Source: Squalus acanthias
Taxonomy: Eukaryota
Assembly: GCA_030390025.1 (NCBI GenBank)
Contig: JASTWF010000035.1
Coordinates: 3,286,001-3,350,000 of the forward strand
DNA length: 64,000 nucleotides
Reading direction: 5' to 3'
A program made the translations under genes and the position numbers. Positions 51,640 to 64,000 of the stretch are shown one piece after another (position 1 is the first letter of the stretch; each line of letters begins with the position of its first letter). The notes below the pieces were generated by a model. That model saw only the letters and a program-made list of their open reading frames with translations, did no database searches and was not told the origin of the DNA.

Positions 51640-53760
51640 TACATGTTGAGGTCAAGGAATGCATTTGAGACAGTTTCCTAGAACAATACATCATGGAACC
51701 AACCAGGGAACAGGCTAGTTTAGATCTGGTCTTGTGTAATGAGACAGGAATAATTAGTAATCTTATAGTAAGGGATCTTCTGGGGAAGAGTGGTCATAAT
51801 ATGATAGAATTTCACATTGAGTTCGAGAGTGACGTACTTAAATCCGAAACTAGAGTATTAAACTTAAATAAAGCCAATTACATAGTTATGAGGGGGCGAG
51901 TTGGCTAAGGTAGATTAGGAAATTAGATTAAAAGGTATGACGGGTAAATAAGCAATGGTGAACATTTAAAGAAATATTTCATAATTCTTAATGAATATAC
52001 ATTCCATTGAGAAATAAAAAACTCCACAGGAATAGTGATCCATCCATGGCTAACTAAAGAAGTTAACGATAGTATTAAATTAAAAGAGGCTTATAATGTT
52101 AGAATCATAGAAGTTTACGGCACAGAAGGAGGCCATTCTGCCCATCATGTCTGTGTCGGCCGAAAAAGACCTATCCAGCCTAATCCCACTTTCCAGCTCT
52201 TGGTCAGTAGTCTTGTAGGTTACGGCACTTTGTGCATATCCAAGTACTTGTTAAATGCGATGAGAGTTTCTGCCTCTACCACCTTTCAAGCAGTGAGTTC
52301 CAGACCCCCACCACCCTCTGGGTGAAAAAAGTTCTCCTCAACTCCCCTCTAATCCTTCTGCCAATTACTTTAAATCTATGCCTCCTCGTTATTGACCTCT
52401 CTAAGGGAAATAGGTCTTTCCTATCCACTCTATCTAGACCCTCATAATTTTATACACCTCAATTAAGTCTCCCCTCAGCCTCCTCTGTTCCAAAGAAAAC
52501 AACCCCAGCCTATCCAATCTTTCCTCATAGCTAAAATTCTCCAGTCCTGGAAACATCCTCGTAAATCTCCTCTGTACCCTCTCTCATGCAATCACATCTT
52601 TCCTGTAGTGTGGTGACCAGAACTGTACACAGTACTCTAGCTGTGGCCTAACTAGTGTTTTATACAGTTCAAGCATAACCTCCCTGCACTTATATTCTAT
52701 GTCTCAGCTAATAAAGGAAAGTATCCCATATGCCTTCTTAACCACCTTATCTACCTGCTCTGCTACCTTCAGGAACATGCACTCAAGGTCCCTCTGATCT
52801 TCTGCACTTCTCAGTGTCCTACCATTTATAGTGTATTCCCTTGCCTTGTTAACCTTCCCAAATGCATTACCTCACACTTCTCTGGATTGAATTCCATTTG
52901 CCACTGTTCTGCCCAACTGACCAGTTCATTGATATCTTCCTGCAGTCTGCAGCTTTCTTCCTCACTATCAACCACACGGCCAATTTTTGTATCATCAACC
53001 ATTTCCTGCCTCGTTGGGCTGGAAACATACTGATCAAGAAAGTTCTCCTGTATACATTTCAGGAATTCCTCTTCCTGACTCAGTCCCGCCTCCCAAGATA
53101 TTGTTCCTCCTTTCCTCCCTTAGTCTCTGTACAGAGCAACGCCTCATCCTTGCTGATTTCAATCTTCATCACAGCTCCCTTCCCCTCTCACCTCTGTGGC
53201 TCCCGGTCTACCAATGCCTCTCAAGCTGTTCCGCCATTCAATTAGATCATGGCTGATCTTTATCTTAACTCCATCTGCTCGCCTTGGTTCCGCAACCCTT
53301 AATACCCTTGCCTTACAAATATAGACCTCAGTTTTGAAATTTTCAATTGACCCCCAGTCTCAACAGTTTTTGGGGAAGAGAGTTCCAGATTTCCACTGCC
53401 CTTTGTGTGAAGTGCTTCCTGGCATCACCCCTGAATGGCCTGGCTCTAATTTACAGGTTATGCCCCCGTGTTCTGGACTCCCCCCACCAGATGAAATAGT
53501 TTCTCTTAATCTACCCTATCAACTCGTTTAATCATCTTAAACACCTCAATTACATCACCCATGAATCTTCTAAATTCAGTGGAGTACAAGCCTAGTCTAT
53601 GCAACGTCTCCTCAAAATATAACCCTTTTTGCCCCGGTATCATTCTGGTGAATCTGCGCTGCACCCCCTCCAAGGCCAATATAACTTTCCTGAAGTGCGG
53701 TGCCCAGAACTGAATGCAGTATGCCAAGTGGGGTCTGAACAGAGCTCTGTACAACATAAC
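51640..53760. mobile_element. Mixed degenerate CR1 fragments (+ strand EN piece, two - strand 3' ends)
   Basis: LDLVLCNE and RPHLAYCIQFW pieces and CR1 tails are present. Confidence 0.75.
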
Positions 53761-53955
53761 CTGTAATGTAACTCTCCCTCATCTAACTCTCCCTCCTTAC
53801 TTCCTCCCTGAATAACTCTCTCTCATTACTCCCTCCGAGTAACTCTCCTTCATTACCCCGACAGGTGAGAACACATCCTGCATTATTCCCTGAGGCAAAG
53901 ACATATCTAGAGGCCATATGATTGGTTGGCCTGAGAAGTGCAGTTTTCTACTTAC

Positions 53956-54073
53956 AACACAATAGCATTTTCAAAACAAATATCAGTCATGGTGCGATCC
54001 ACTATCACCATCTCCGTGTCATAAATGTCACAGCCAATGTGGATCAATCCGAATACAGCGTAGCGATGGAAAT
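53956..54073 (-). CDS. RTKN: Rhotekin exon (118 nt), (D)FHRYAVFGLIHIGCDIYDTEMVIVDRTMTDICFENAIV(F)
   Basis: Splice sites are ccacag|AT...TT|gtaagt. It matches the rhotekin DTEMxxVDRTxTDI motif and the phases are compatible. Confidence 0.93.
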
Positions 54074-54322
54074 CTGTGGAGGACACAGTGAGGGTCAGTC
54101 ACATGAGCAAGAGCAATACCGTAAACATCACCTCAGTCCAATGCACAGAGCGACTGACCCCCCCTCCCCCCACCTCCGCATCCCCCCGCTCCTGCACCTC
54201 TCGCTCCATTCCCCTCCCGCATCACCCCATCCCCTCCCTCCCACACCCTCTACCTCTCTCCCCCACCTCCAGCAAACAGTTATCTTAACTATGTCCACTC
54301 AGAAACAAATTTCAAATCTCAC

Positions 54323-54376
54323 CTCCTTTATTTTTGAAGTAATCGGTGTCTTTCCACATCAAAGGAATTCGGAGAT
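54323..54376 (-). CDS. RTKN: Rhotekin exon (54 nt), (D)LRIPLMWKDTDYFKNKG
   Basis: Splice sites are ttaacag|AT...G|gtgag. DLRIPLMWKD is the anillin-homology/rhotekin motif. Confidence 0.93.
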
Positions 54377-54383
54377 CTGTTAA

Positions 54384-55444
54384 TAAGAACACAAAAACAT
54401 AAGAACATAAGAAATAGGAGCAGGAGTCGGCCATTCGGCCCCTCGAGCCTGCTCCGCTGTTCAATAAGATCATGGCTGATCTTCTAACTCAACTCCACTT
54501 TCCCGCCCTATCCTCATATCCCTTGATTCCCTTAAATCTATCAATCTCAGTCTTGAATATACTCAATGACTGAGCATCCACAGCCCTCTGGGGTAGAGAA
54601 TTTCAAAGATTCACTACCCTCTGGTGAAGAAATTTCTCCTCAGATGAGCTGCAGCAGGGTGGAGACGTGCGATGTTACGGAGTTGTAAGTAGGCGGTCTT
54701 AGTAATAGAGAGGATATGGCGTCGGAAGGTCATCTCTGGGTCAAATACGATACCAAGGTTGCAAAGAGTCTGGTTCGGCCTCAGACAGTTGCCAGGGAGA
54801 GGGATGGAGTTGGTGGCTAGGAAACAGAGTGTGGCGGGCACCGAACACAATGGCTTCCGTCTTTCCAATATTTTAATGGAAGAAATTTCTGTTCATTCAG
54901 TACTGGAACATAAGAACATAAGAAATAGGAGCAGGAGTAGGCCATTAGGCCCTTTGAGCCTGCTCCGTCATTCAATAAGATCATGGCTGATCTTCTACCT
55001 CATCTCCACCTTCCCGCATTATCCCCATACCCCTCGATTCCCTTAATATCCAAAAATATTTTGATCTCTGTCTTGAATATACTCAATGACTGAGCCTCCA
55101 CAGCTCTCTGGGGTAGAGAATTCCAAAGATTCACCACCCTGTGAGTGAAGAAATTTCTCCTCATCTCAGTCCTAAATGGCCCACCCCTTATTCTGAGACT
55201 GTGACCCCTGGTTCTAGACTCTTCAGCCAGGAGAAACAGCCTCTCACCATCTACCCTGTTAAGCCCTGTAAGAATTTTATGTTTCAATGAGATCACCTCT
55301 CATTCTTCTAAACTCGAGGGAAAATAGGCCCAATCTAATCAATTTCTCCTCATAGGACAGCCCTCTCATCCCAGGAATCAATCGAGTGAACCTTCGTTGC
55401 ACCCCCTCTAAGGCAAGTATGTCCTTCCTTAAGTAAGGTGATCA
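54384..55444 (-). mobile_element. Composite: CR1 3' end, L2 fragment, CR1 3' end
   Basis: Two CR1 tails (aacataag repeats at about 54384 and 54907) flank an L2 RT piece (54641-54906). Confidence 0.8.
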
Positions 55445-55747
55445 AAAGGAGAATTAAAGCCATTTAATCCACCATGAAACAGGGAAGAAAAAGGTACAAA
55501 TTGGTCCAACACACGGGGTTAGAATGTGTGTCTATGGCAACTTAAAACATTACTGGTTTAAAACAGATTAAACACACGGAGTTAGAACATATCAACAACT
55601 AGGTTAGAAAAGGTTAAAGTGCAGAAATAGAAGGAGTTAAAATGTGGTATGTGAACACATCAAACACATGGGGTTAGAATGGGTTAAACAGTGGGGTTTT
55701 AGTGTGGATTAGCGGAGCACCTTTATGAAGAGCAGGTCTGAAATAAG

Positions 55748-55828
55748 GGTTTGAGCGGATTAAGCAATCAGGGTTCGAGCGGATTAAACAATCAGGGTTC
55801 GAGCGGATTAAAGGGTTCAAGCAGATTA
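55748..55828. repeat. Short tandem repeat, about 24-bp unit GGGTTCGAGCGGATTAAACAATCA
   Basis: There are about three to four degenerate copies. Confidence 0.7.
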
Positions 55829-55975
55829 CCAACGCCGAAAGTGCAGGTTATGTCTCGCTTCTTTCCAATAACCGCCCCCTGCTGCTTCTGTGTCTCTGGG
55901 CATTTACCTAAACCCTGTGCCCAACTAGGGTGTGATCCAAGGGAATTTTACCAATTCTTGCTACTTTGTTCTTAC

Positions 55976-56037
55976 CAGATATGGCAACTTTTCCCTTGCA
56001 CGGCAATCGATCTTCAAGCATTCCTGCATCCGAGGAT
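55976..56037 (-). CDS. RTKN: Rhotekin exon (62 nt), SSDAGMLEDRLPCKGKVAIS
   Basis: The minus strand reads ctctgcag|A...G|gtaag. The peptide resembles the rhotekin PCRGRVCIS region, and its phase joins the next exon (G+AT = D). Confidence 0.85.
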
Positions 56038-56489
56038 CTGCAGAGAAACCATCAATCAGATCAGCGGTGAACAAAACCAGCTTCAAATTAAGTGGTACAT
56101 TTTTTTTAAATTGTTCTAGGGACTTGGGCGATGATGACAAGTTCGGTATTTGTTGCACTTCCCTAATTGCCCAGAGGTGGCGGTGTTGGGCTTTCTTGTT
56201 GAATCATTGCAGTCCATGTGGTGAAGGGGCTCCCACCTTGGGGTTAGGTAGGGAATTTCACTATATTCTCCCAGCAATGAAGAAGGAATGGCGATACATG
56301 TCCAAGTCAGGATGGTGTGTGACTTGGAGGGGAACTTGGAGGTGGTGGTGCTCCCACAACTTTGCTAATCTTGCCCTTCTCTGATGGAAGAGGCCACAGG
56401 GCAGGCAGGAGAGGTACTCATTTCCTTTCTCACTGGCTGTATCTTGGTTACAGAGGAGCCCTTGTCAAGATACCGAGTGGACAAGTTGT

Positions 56490-57391
56490 ACAAGTTACAA
56501 CAACAACTTGCATTTCTATAGCGGCTTTAATGCAGTAAAGCGTCCCAAAGCGTTTCATGGAGCAGTTTCAGGCAAAGATTGACACCAAGTCAAATAAGGT
56601 GATATTAGGACAGGTTGATCAAAGAGGTAGGCTTTAAGGAGTGCCTTAAAGGAGTAGAGAGAGGTAGAGAGGTTTAGGGAGGGATCCAGAGCTTAGGACC
56701 TAGGGAGCTAAAGGCACGGCCGCCAATGGTGGAGTGATGAAAATCAGGAATGCGCAAGAGGCCAGAATTGGAGGAACACAGAGATCTTGCAGGGTTGTAT
56801 GGCTGGAAGACGTTACAGAGATAGTGAGTGGTGAGGCCATGAAGTAATTTGAAAACAAGGATGAGAATTTTAAAATCGAGGTGTTGCCGGACCGGGAGTC
56901 AAGCGGAGCAGGCACGAGGGGCTGTATTGACCGACTCATGCTCCCATTTATTTTGTTCTTATGTAGGTCAGCTAGCACAGTGGTGATGGGTGAATGGGAT
57001 TTGGCGCGATTTAGGATACGGGCAGCAGAGTTTTTGATGAGCTCAAGTTTATGGAGGGTGCAATGTGGGAGGCCAGCCTGGAGAGCATTGGAATAGTCAA
57101 GGCATGGAGGAGGGTTTCAACAACAGATGAGCTGCGGCAGGGTGGAGAGGTGCGATGATATGGAGATGTAAGTAGGCGGTCTTAGTAATAGAGAGGATAT
57201 GGCATCGGAAGGTCATCTCTGGGTCAAATACAATACCACGGTTGCGAAGAGTCTGGTTCAGCCTCAGACAGTTGCCAGGGAGAGGGATGGAGTTGGTGGC
57301 TAGGAAACAGAGTGTATGGCGGGCACCGAACACAATGGCTTCCGTCTTTCCAATATTTAAATGGAAGAAATTTCTGTTCATCCAGTACTGG
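56490..57391 (-). mobile_element. L2 LINE 3' part
   Basis: It encodes WMNRNFFHLNIGKTEAIVFG...GIVFDPEMTF and has a (TTG)n-type tail near 56495-56510. Confidence 0.8.
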
Positions 57392-57552
57392 AACATAAGA
57401 ACATAAGAAACAGGAGCAGGAGTAGGCCATTAAGCCCTTTGAGCATGCTGATCTTCTACCTCAATTCCACCTTCCCGCACTATCCCAGGCAGAGTAAGAG
57501 GTGCAGGCAGGTAGTGCAGGGGTCCCCTGTGGCCATCCCCCTCTCAAACAGA

Positions 57553-59046
57553 TAGACTCGGGAACAGTGCCCATGGATTGGAGGGTAGCTAACGTTACCC
57601 CACTATTCAAAAAGGGGGGTAGGGAAAAAGCAGGTAATTACAGACCTGTAAGCCTTACATCAGTTGTGGGCAAAATGCTGAAGTCCATCATTAAGGATGA
57701 AATAGCGGAGCACTTAGCAAATGGGGACAGGATAGGACAGAGTCAACATGGATTTACAAAGGGTAAATCGTGCTTGACTAATCTATTGGAATTTTTTGAG
57801 GGAGTAACTGGTAAAATAGATGGGGGAGAGCCAGTAGATGTGGTGTACCTGGACTTCCAAAAGGCCTTCGATAAGGTCCCACATAAAAGATTAGCATGGA
57901 AAATTGAAGCTCATGGGATAAAGGGGAAAGTATTGACGTGGATAGAGAACTGGCTGTCAGATAGAAAACAGAGAGTTGGAATAAACGGCTCATTTTTTGA
58001 ATGGCAGGCAGTAACAAGTGGGGTACCACAGGGATCTGTCCTGGGTCCCCAGCTGTTCACAATTTACATTAATGACCTGGATCAGGGAGTCGGATGCAGC
58101 ATTTCCAAATTTGCAGACGACACTAAACTAGGAGGGGGGGTGGGCTCAGAGGAGGAGACCAGGAAGCTCCAGAGCGATTTGGACAGACTGGGTGATTGGG
58201 CGGATAAATGGCAGATGCACTATAATGTGGACAAGTGCGAAGTTATCCACCTTGGGTGCAGGAACGGGAGGGCAAATTATTATTTAAATGGCAATAAATT
58301 GGGAGAGGGGGAAGTACAGAGCGACCTGGGTGTTCTTGTACACCAGTCACTGAAGGCGAGCATGCAGGTGCAACAGGCGGTCAAGAAGGCAAACGGTATG
58401 CTGGCCTTCATAGCAAAAGGGTTGGAATACAGGAACAGGGATACCTTGCTGCAGCTGTACAGGGCACTGGTGAGACCACACCTCGAGTACTGTGTACAGT
58501 TTTGGTCGCCTCATCTGAGGAAAGATGTTCTTGCCATGGAGGGGGTGCAGCGGCGATTCACCAGGCTGATACCAGGAATGGCGGGATTGACCTATGAGGA
58601 GAGACTATGTAGTTTAGGGATGTACACACTGGAGTTTAGAAGCTTGAGAGGGGACCTCATAGAAGTGTATAAAATTCTGACAGGTCTAGACAGACTAGAT
58701 GCAGAAGGAATGTTTCCCTTGGCGGGTGAGAACAGAACTAGAGGACATAATTTAAGGATAAGGGCTAAACCATTTAGGACAGAAATGAGGGGGAATTTCT
58801 TCACTCAGAGGGTGGTGAACCTGTGGAACTCATTGCCACAGAGGGCAGTGTATGCCAGCTCATTAAATATATTTAAGAGGGAATTAGATGTATTTCTACA
58901 GGCAAAAGGGGTTAAGGGTTACGGAGAGAAGGCGGGGACGGGATACTGAATTGGAGGATCAGCCATGATCTCATTAAATGGCGGAGCAGGCTCGAAGGGC
59001 CGGATGGCCTACTCCTGCTCCTATCTTCTATGTATCTATGTATCTA
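57553..59046 (+). mobile_element. Young CR1 (family D) nested in ORF1
   Basis: The RT ORF is open to 58949, with a full 3' UTR and a (TCTATGTA) tail. Confidence 0.92.
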
Positions 59047-59443
59047 TACCACTTTGGATGCTGTTGGGGGGGATGACTTATCAGGGGAAGGCGGCAGCAG
59101 CCAACTTCCTGGCACCATGGGTGGCTCTGCTGCACAGGCTGGGAGGAAAAAGTGTGGAAGAGCTATAGTGATAGGGGATTCAATTGTAAGGGGAATAGAT
59201 AGGCGTTTCTGCGGCCGCAATCGAGACTCCAGGATGGTGTGTTGCCTCCCTGGTGCAAGGGTCAAGGACGTCTCGGAGCGGCTACAGAACACTTTGGAGG
59301 GGGAGGGCGAACAGCCAGTTGTTGTGGTGCACATAGGCATCAACGATATAGGTAAAAAACGGGATGAGGTCCTAAAAGCAGAATATAGGGAGTTAGGAGG
59401 TAAATTAAAAAATAGGACCTCAAAGGTAGTAATCTCAGGATTG

Positions 59444-60542
59444 AACATAGAACATAGAACATAGAAAATAGGTACAGGAGTAGACCATTCGGTCCTTCGA
59501 GCCTGCACCGCCATTCAATGCGTTCATGGCTGAACATGCTACCTCAGTACCCCATTCCTGCTTTCTCGCCATACCCCTTGATCCCCCTAGTTGTGAGTGT
59601 TATATCTAACTCCCTTTTGAATATATTTAGCGAACTGGCCTCAACAACCTTCTGTGGAAGAGAATTCCATAGATTCACCACTCTCTGGGTGAAGAAGTTC
59701 CTCCTCAGCTCAGTCCTAAATGGCTTCCCCTTAATCCTTAGACTGTGACCCCTGGTTCTAGTTTTCCCTACCATTGGGAACATTCTGCCCGCATCTAATT
59801 TGTCTAAACCAGTCAGGATTTTAAATGTCTCTATAAGATCCCCCCTCATTCTTCTGAACTCCAGAGGATACAAGTTCAGTTGACCCAATCTTTCTTGATA
59901 TGTCAGTCCGGACATCCCAGGAATCAATCTAGTGAACCTTCGCTGCACTCCCTCAATAGCAAGAATGTCCTTCCTTAAGTTAGGAGACCAAAACTGCGCA
60001 CAATACTCCAGGTGTGGCCTCACCAAGGCCCTGTACAACTGTAGCATCACCTCCCTACTCCTGTACTCAAATCCCCTTGCTATGAAGGCCATCATTCCGT
60101 TTGCTTTCTTGACTGCCTGCTGCACTTGCATTCCCACCTTCAGTGACTGATGTACCATGACGCCCAGGTCTCGTTGCACGTCCCCTTTCCCTAATCTGCC
60201 ACCATTCAGGTAATAGTCTGCCTCTCTATTTTTACCACCAAAGTGGATAACCTCACATTTATCCACATTGTACTTCATCTGCCATACATTTGCCCATTCA
60301 CCTAACCTGTCCAAGTCACTCTGTAGCCTCCTAGCATCCTCCTCATTGTTCACACTGCCTCCCAATTTAGTGTCATCCGCAAATTTGGAGATATTACATT
60401 TAATCCCTTCGTCCAAATCATTAATATATAATGTAAACAGCTGGGGTCCCAGCACCGAACCCTGCGGTACCCCGCTGGTCACTGCCTGCCATTCTGAAAA
60501 GTACCCATTTACTCCTACTCTTTGTTTCCTGTGTGCCAACCA
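59444..60542 (-). mobile_element. Young CR1 (family A) nested in ORF1
   Basis: It is a near-identical reverse complement of about 7725-8810. TSD GATTG lies at 59439-59443 and 60543-60547. Confidence 0.93.
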
Positions 60543-63500
60543 GATTGCTACCAGTGCCACGTGCTAGTCAGAGTAGAAATAGAAGGATATTTCAAATGAA
60601 TACGTGGCTAGAGGAATGGTGCAAGGGAGAGGGATTCAAATTCCTGGGGCATTGGAACCGGTTCTGGGGGAGGTGGAACCAGTACAAACAGGACGGTCTG
60701 CACCTGGGCAGGGCCGGGACCGATGTCCTAGGGGGAGTGTTTGCTAGTGCTGTTGGGGAGGGTTTAAACTAAAGTGGCAGGGGGTTGGGAACCTGAGCAG
60801 GGAGACAGAGGAAAGGGAAATAAGGATAAAAGCTAAAGACAGGAAGGAGAAAAACAAAAGTAGAAGGCAAAGAACTCAACGGTTTAAATCAAACATGGTC
60901 ACAGTAAATAATAATTCATATAGGTCTGAGAGCGTTAAAAAAACAAGCCTGAAGGCTTTGTGTCTTAATGCAAGGAGCATTCGGAACAAGGTGGATGAAT
61001 TAGCTGCGCAAATAGAGGTAAATGAATTCGATTTGATTGGGATTACAGAAACATGGCTCCAGGGTGGCCAAGGCTGGGAACTCAACATCCAGGGTTATTC
61101 AATATTTAGGAAAGATAGGCAAAAAAGAAAGGGAGGTGGGGTAGCATTGCTGGTTAAAGAGGGGATTAACACAATTGAAAGGAAGGATATTAGCTCTGAT
61201 GATGCGGAATCTGTATGGGTAGAACTGAGAAATAACAAGGGGCAGAAAACGTTAGTGGGAGTGGTATATAGACCTCCAAACAGTAATACGGAGGTTGGGG
61301 ACGGCATTAAAAGGGAAATTAGAGAAGCATGCAGTAAGGGCACAGCAGTCATCATGGGTGACTTTAATTTACATATAGATTGGGCTAACCAAATTAGTAA
61401 AAATACTGTGGAGGAGCAATTCCTAGAATGTTTACGAGATGGTTTTCTGGAACAATATGTCGAGGAACCAACCAGAGATCAGGCCATCTTAGACTGGGTA
61501 TTATGCAACGAGAAAGGATTAATTAGCAATCTTGTTGTACGAGGCCCCTTGGGTCAGAGTGATCATAATATGATAGAATTCTTCATTAGGATGGAGAGTG
61601 AAGTAGTTGAATCAGAGACTAGGGTCCTGAATTTAAATAAAGGAAACTACGATGGTATGAGGCGCGAATTGGGTAGGATTGATTGGGGAATGTCACTCAA
61701 GGGGTTGATGGTGGATAGGCAATGGCAAACATTCAAAGACTGCATGGATGAACTACAGAATTTGTACATCCCAGTGTGGCATAAGAATAAAACAAAAAGG
61801 GTGACTCAACCGTGGCTAACAAGGGAAATTAGGGATAGAATAAGATCCAAGGAGAGGGCATATAAATTGGCCAGAAAAAGCGGTAGCCCTGAGGATTGGG
61901 AGCAGTTTAGGATTCAACAAAGGAGGACAAAGGGATTAATTAAGAAGGGGAAAATAGAATATGATAGTAAGCTTGCTGGGAACATAAAAACTGACTGTAA
62001 GAGCTTTTATAGATATGTGAAGAGAAAAAGATTAGTGAAATCAAGTGTAGGTCCCTTGCAGTCAGAAGCGGGGGAAGTTATAATGGGGAACAAAGAAATG
62101 GCAGCCCAATTAAATGCATATTTTGGTTCTGTCTTCACAAAGGAGGACACAAATAACCTCCCAGAGATGTTGGAGAACATACGGTCTGATGAAAGGGAGG
62201 AACTGAAAGAAATCAGTATTTGCAGGGAAATGGTGTTAGGGAAATTGACGGGATTGAAGGCCGATAAATCCCCAGGGCCTGATAATCTACATCCTAGGGT
62301 ACTTAAGGAAGTGGCCCTAGAAATAGTAGATGCATTGCTGATCATCTTCCAACATTCGATGGAATCTGGAACTGTACCCATGGATTGGAGGGTAGCTAAT
62401 GTTACCCCACTATTCAAAAAGGGTGGTAGAGAGAAAGTGGGGAATTACAGACCGGTAAGCCTGACATCAGTAGTGGGGAAAATGCTAGAGTCCATTATAA
62501 AGGATGTAATAGCTGAGCATTTGAAAAACAGTGACAGGATCGGACAAAGTCAACATGGATTTACAAAAGGTAAATCGTGCTTGACTAATCTACTGGAATT
62601 TTTTGAGGATGTAACTGGGAAAATAGATAAATGAGAACCAGTAGATGTGGTGAATTTAGACTTTCAAAAGGCTTTCGATAAGGTCCCGCATAAGAGATTA
62701 GCGGGTAAAGTTAAGGCACATGGGATTGGGGGCAAGGTATTGACTTGGATAGAGAACTGGTTGGCGGACAGAAAGCAGAGAGTAGGAATTAATGGGTCTT
62801 TTTCCGAGTGGCAAGCAGTGACTAGTGGGGTACCGCAGGGATCGGTCCTTGGACCCCAGCTATTCACAATATACATTAATGATCTAGATAAGGGAATTAA
62901 ATGTAATATCTCCAAGTTTGCAGATGACACAAAGCTGGGTGGGAGTGTGTGCAGCGAGGAGGATAGCGAGAAACTCCAGGATGATCTGGACAGGTTGGGT
63001 GAGTGGGCAGAAGCGTGGCAGATGTAATATAACGTGGATAAGTGCGAGGTTATCCATTTTGGTGTCAAAAACAGAAAGGCAGACTATTATCTGAATGGCA
63101 ATAGATTGGGAGAAGGGGAAGTGCAACGAGACCTGGGTGTCCTTGTGCACCAGTCGCTGAAAGTAAGCATGCAGGTGCAGCAGGCGGTGAAGAAGGCAAA
63201 TGGTATGTTGTCCTTCATAGCGAAAGGGTTTGAGTATAGGAACAGGGATGTCCTGCTGCAGTTGTACAGGGCCTTGGTGAGACCACACCTTGAGTACTGT
63301 GTGCAGTTTTGGTCGCCTTATCTGAGGAAGGATGTTCTTGCCATGGAAGGAGTTCAGCGAAGATTCACAAGGCTGATACCTGGGATGGCAGGAATGACAT
63401 ATGAGGAGAGATTGGGTCGATTGGGCTTATACTCACTGGAGTATAGAAGAATGAGAGGGGATCTCATCGAAACATATAAAATTCTGACAGGTCTGGACAA

Positions 63501-64000
63501 ACTAGATGCAGGAAGAATGTTCCCGATGGTCGGAGAGTCCAGAACCAGGGGTCATAATCTACGGATAACGGGTAAACCATTTAGGACAGAAATGAGGAAG
63601 AATTTCTTCACCCAGAGAGTGGTGAACCTGTGGAATTCTCTACCACAGAAGGCAGTTGAGGCGAGGTCATTAAATATATTCAAGGATGAGTTAGATATAT
63701 TTCTTAAAGCTAAAGGTATCAAGGGATATGGGGAGAAGGCAGGTACAGGGTACTGAGTTTAGATGATCAGCCATGATCTCATCGAATGGCGGAGCAGGCT
63801 CGAGGGGCCGAATGGCCTACTCCTGCTCCTATCTTCTATGTTTCTATGTTTCTATCCCCATACCCCTCGATTCCCTTAATATCCAAAAATCTTTTGATCT
63901 CTGTCTTGAATATACTCAATGACTGAGCCTCCACAGCCCTCTGGGGTAGAGAATTCCAAAGATTCACAACCCAGTGAGTGAAGAAATTTCTCCTCATCTC

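Larger units (their letters stand above)
57487..63851 (+). mobile_element. Long CR1: much of ORF1, ORF2 (60763-63756, stops at 62632 and 63025), 3' UTR; hosts two younger CR1s
   Basis: ORF1 reassembles as SPVAIPLSNR|YTTLD...IGDSIVRG...GINDIG...SG|LLPVP...DGLHL...GLN*. TSD CTATCCC lies at 57480-57486 and 63852-63858. Confidence 0.92.

Noticed and set aside
53922..54383. 153-aa plus-strand ORF
   Set aside because: It is antisense to two RTKN exons and a C-rich intron.
55500..55830. Spaced short repeats (ggggttag, gagcggatta) as a CRISPR or telomeric array
   Set aside because: The units are degenerate with no constant repeat and unique spacers, the context is a eukaryotic intron, and they are not (TTAGGG)n.

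Overview
This is eukaryotic (vertebrate) DNA. The repeat repertoire looks cartilaginous-fish-like, which is an inference. The window lies inside a minus-strand rhotekin (RTKN) gene: five short exons (62, 54, 118, 225 and 95 nt) have canonical splice sites and join in frame. They are separated by introns made almost entirely of nested transposons. Most of these are CR1-clade LINEs from at least five young families, including one intact 978-aa APE-RT ORF2. The rest are an RTE LINE, L2, a second LINE with its partner tRNA-SINE, Penelope-like elements, a solo LTR and GGG-TIR MITEs. Notable signals: (1) all four CR1 ORF1/ORF2 junctions carry the -1 slippery heptamer T_TTA_AAC directly before the ORF1 stop, with ORF2 open in the -1 frame and no conserved AUG. 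(2) There are four Penelope-type minimal hammerhead motifs with covarying helices, two of them in a perfect 124-bp inverted repeat. (3) Two sister CR1 copies are damaged at the same nucleotide. (4) Two CR1 families share one ORF1 module but have different ORF2s. (5) A CR1 tail supplies the pyrimidine tract of an RTKN splice acceptor. Boundaries of old degenerate fragments are approximate, and identity statements are by eye.
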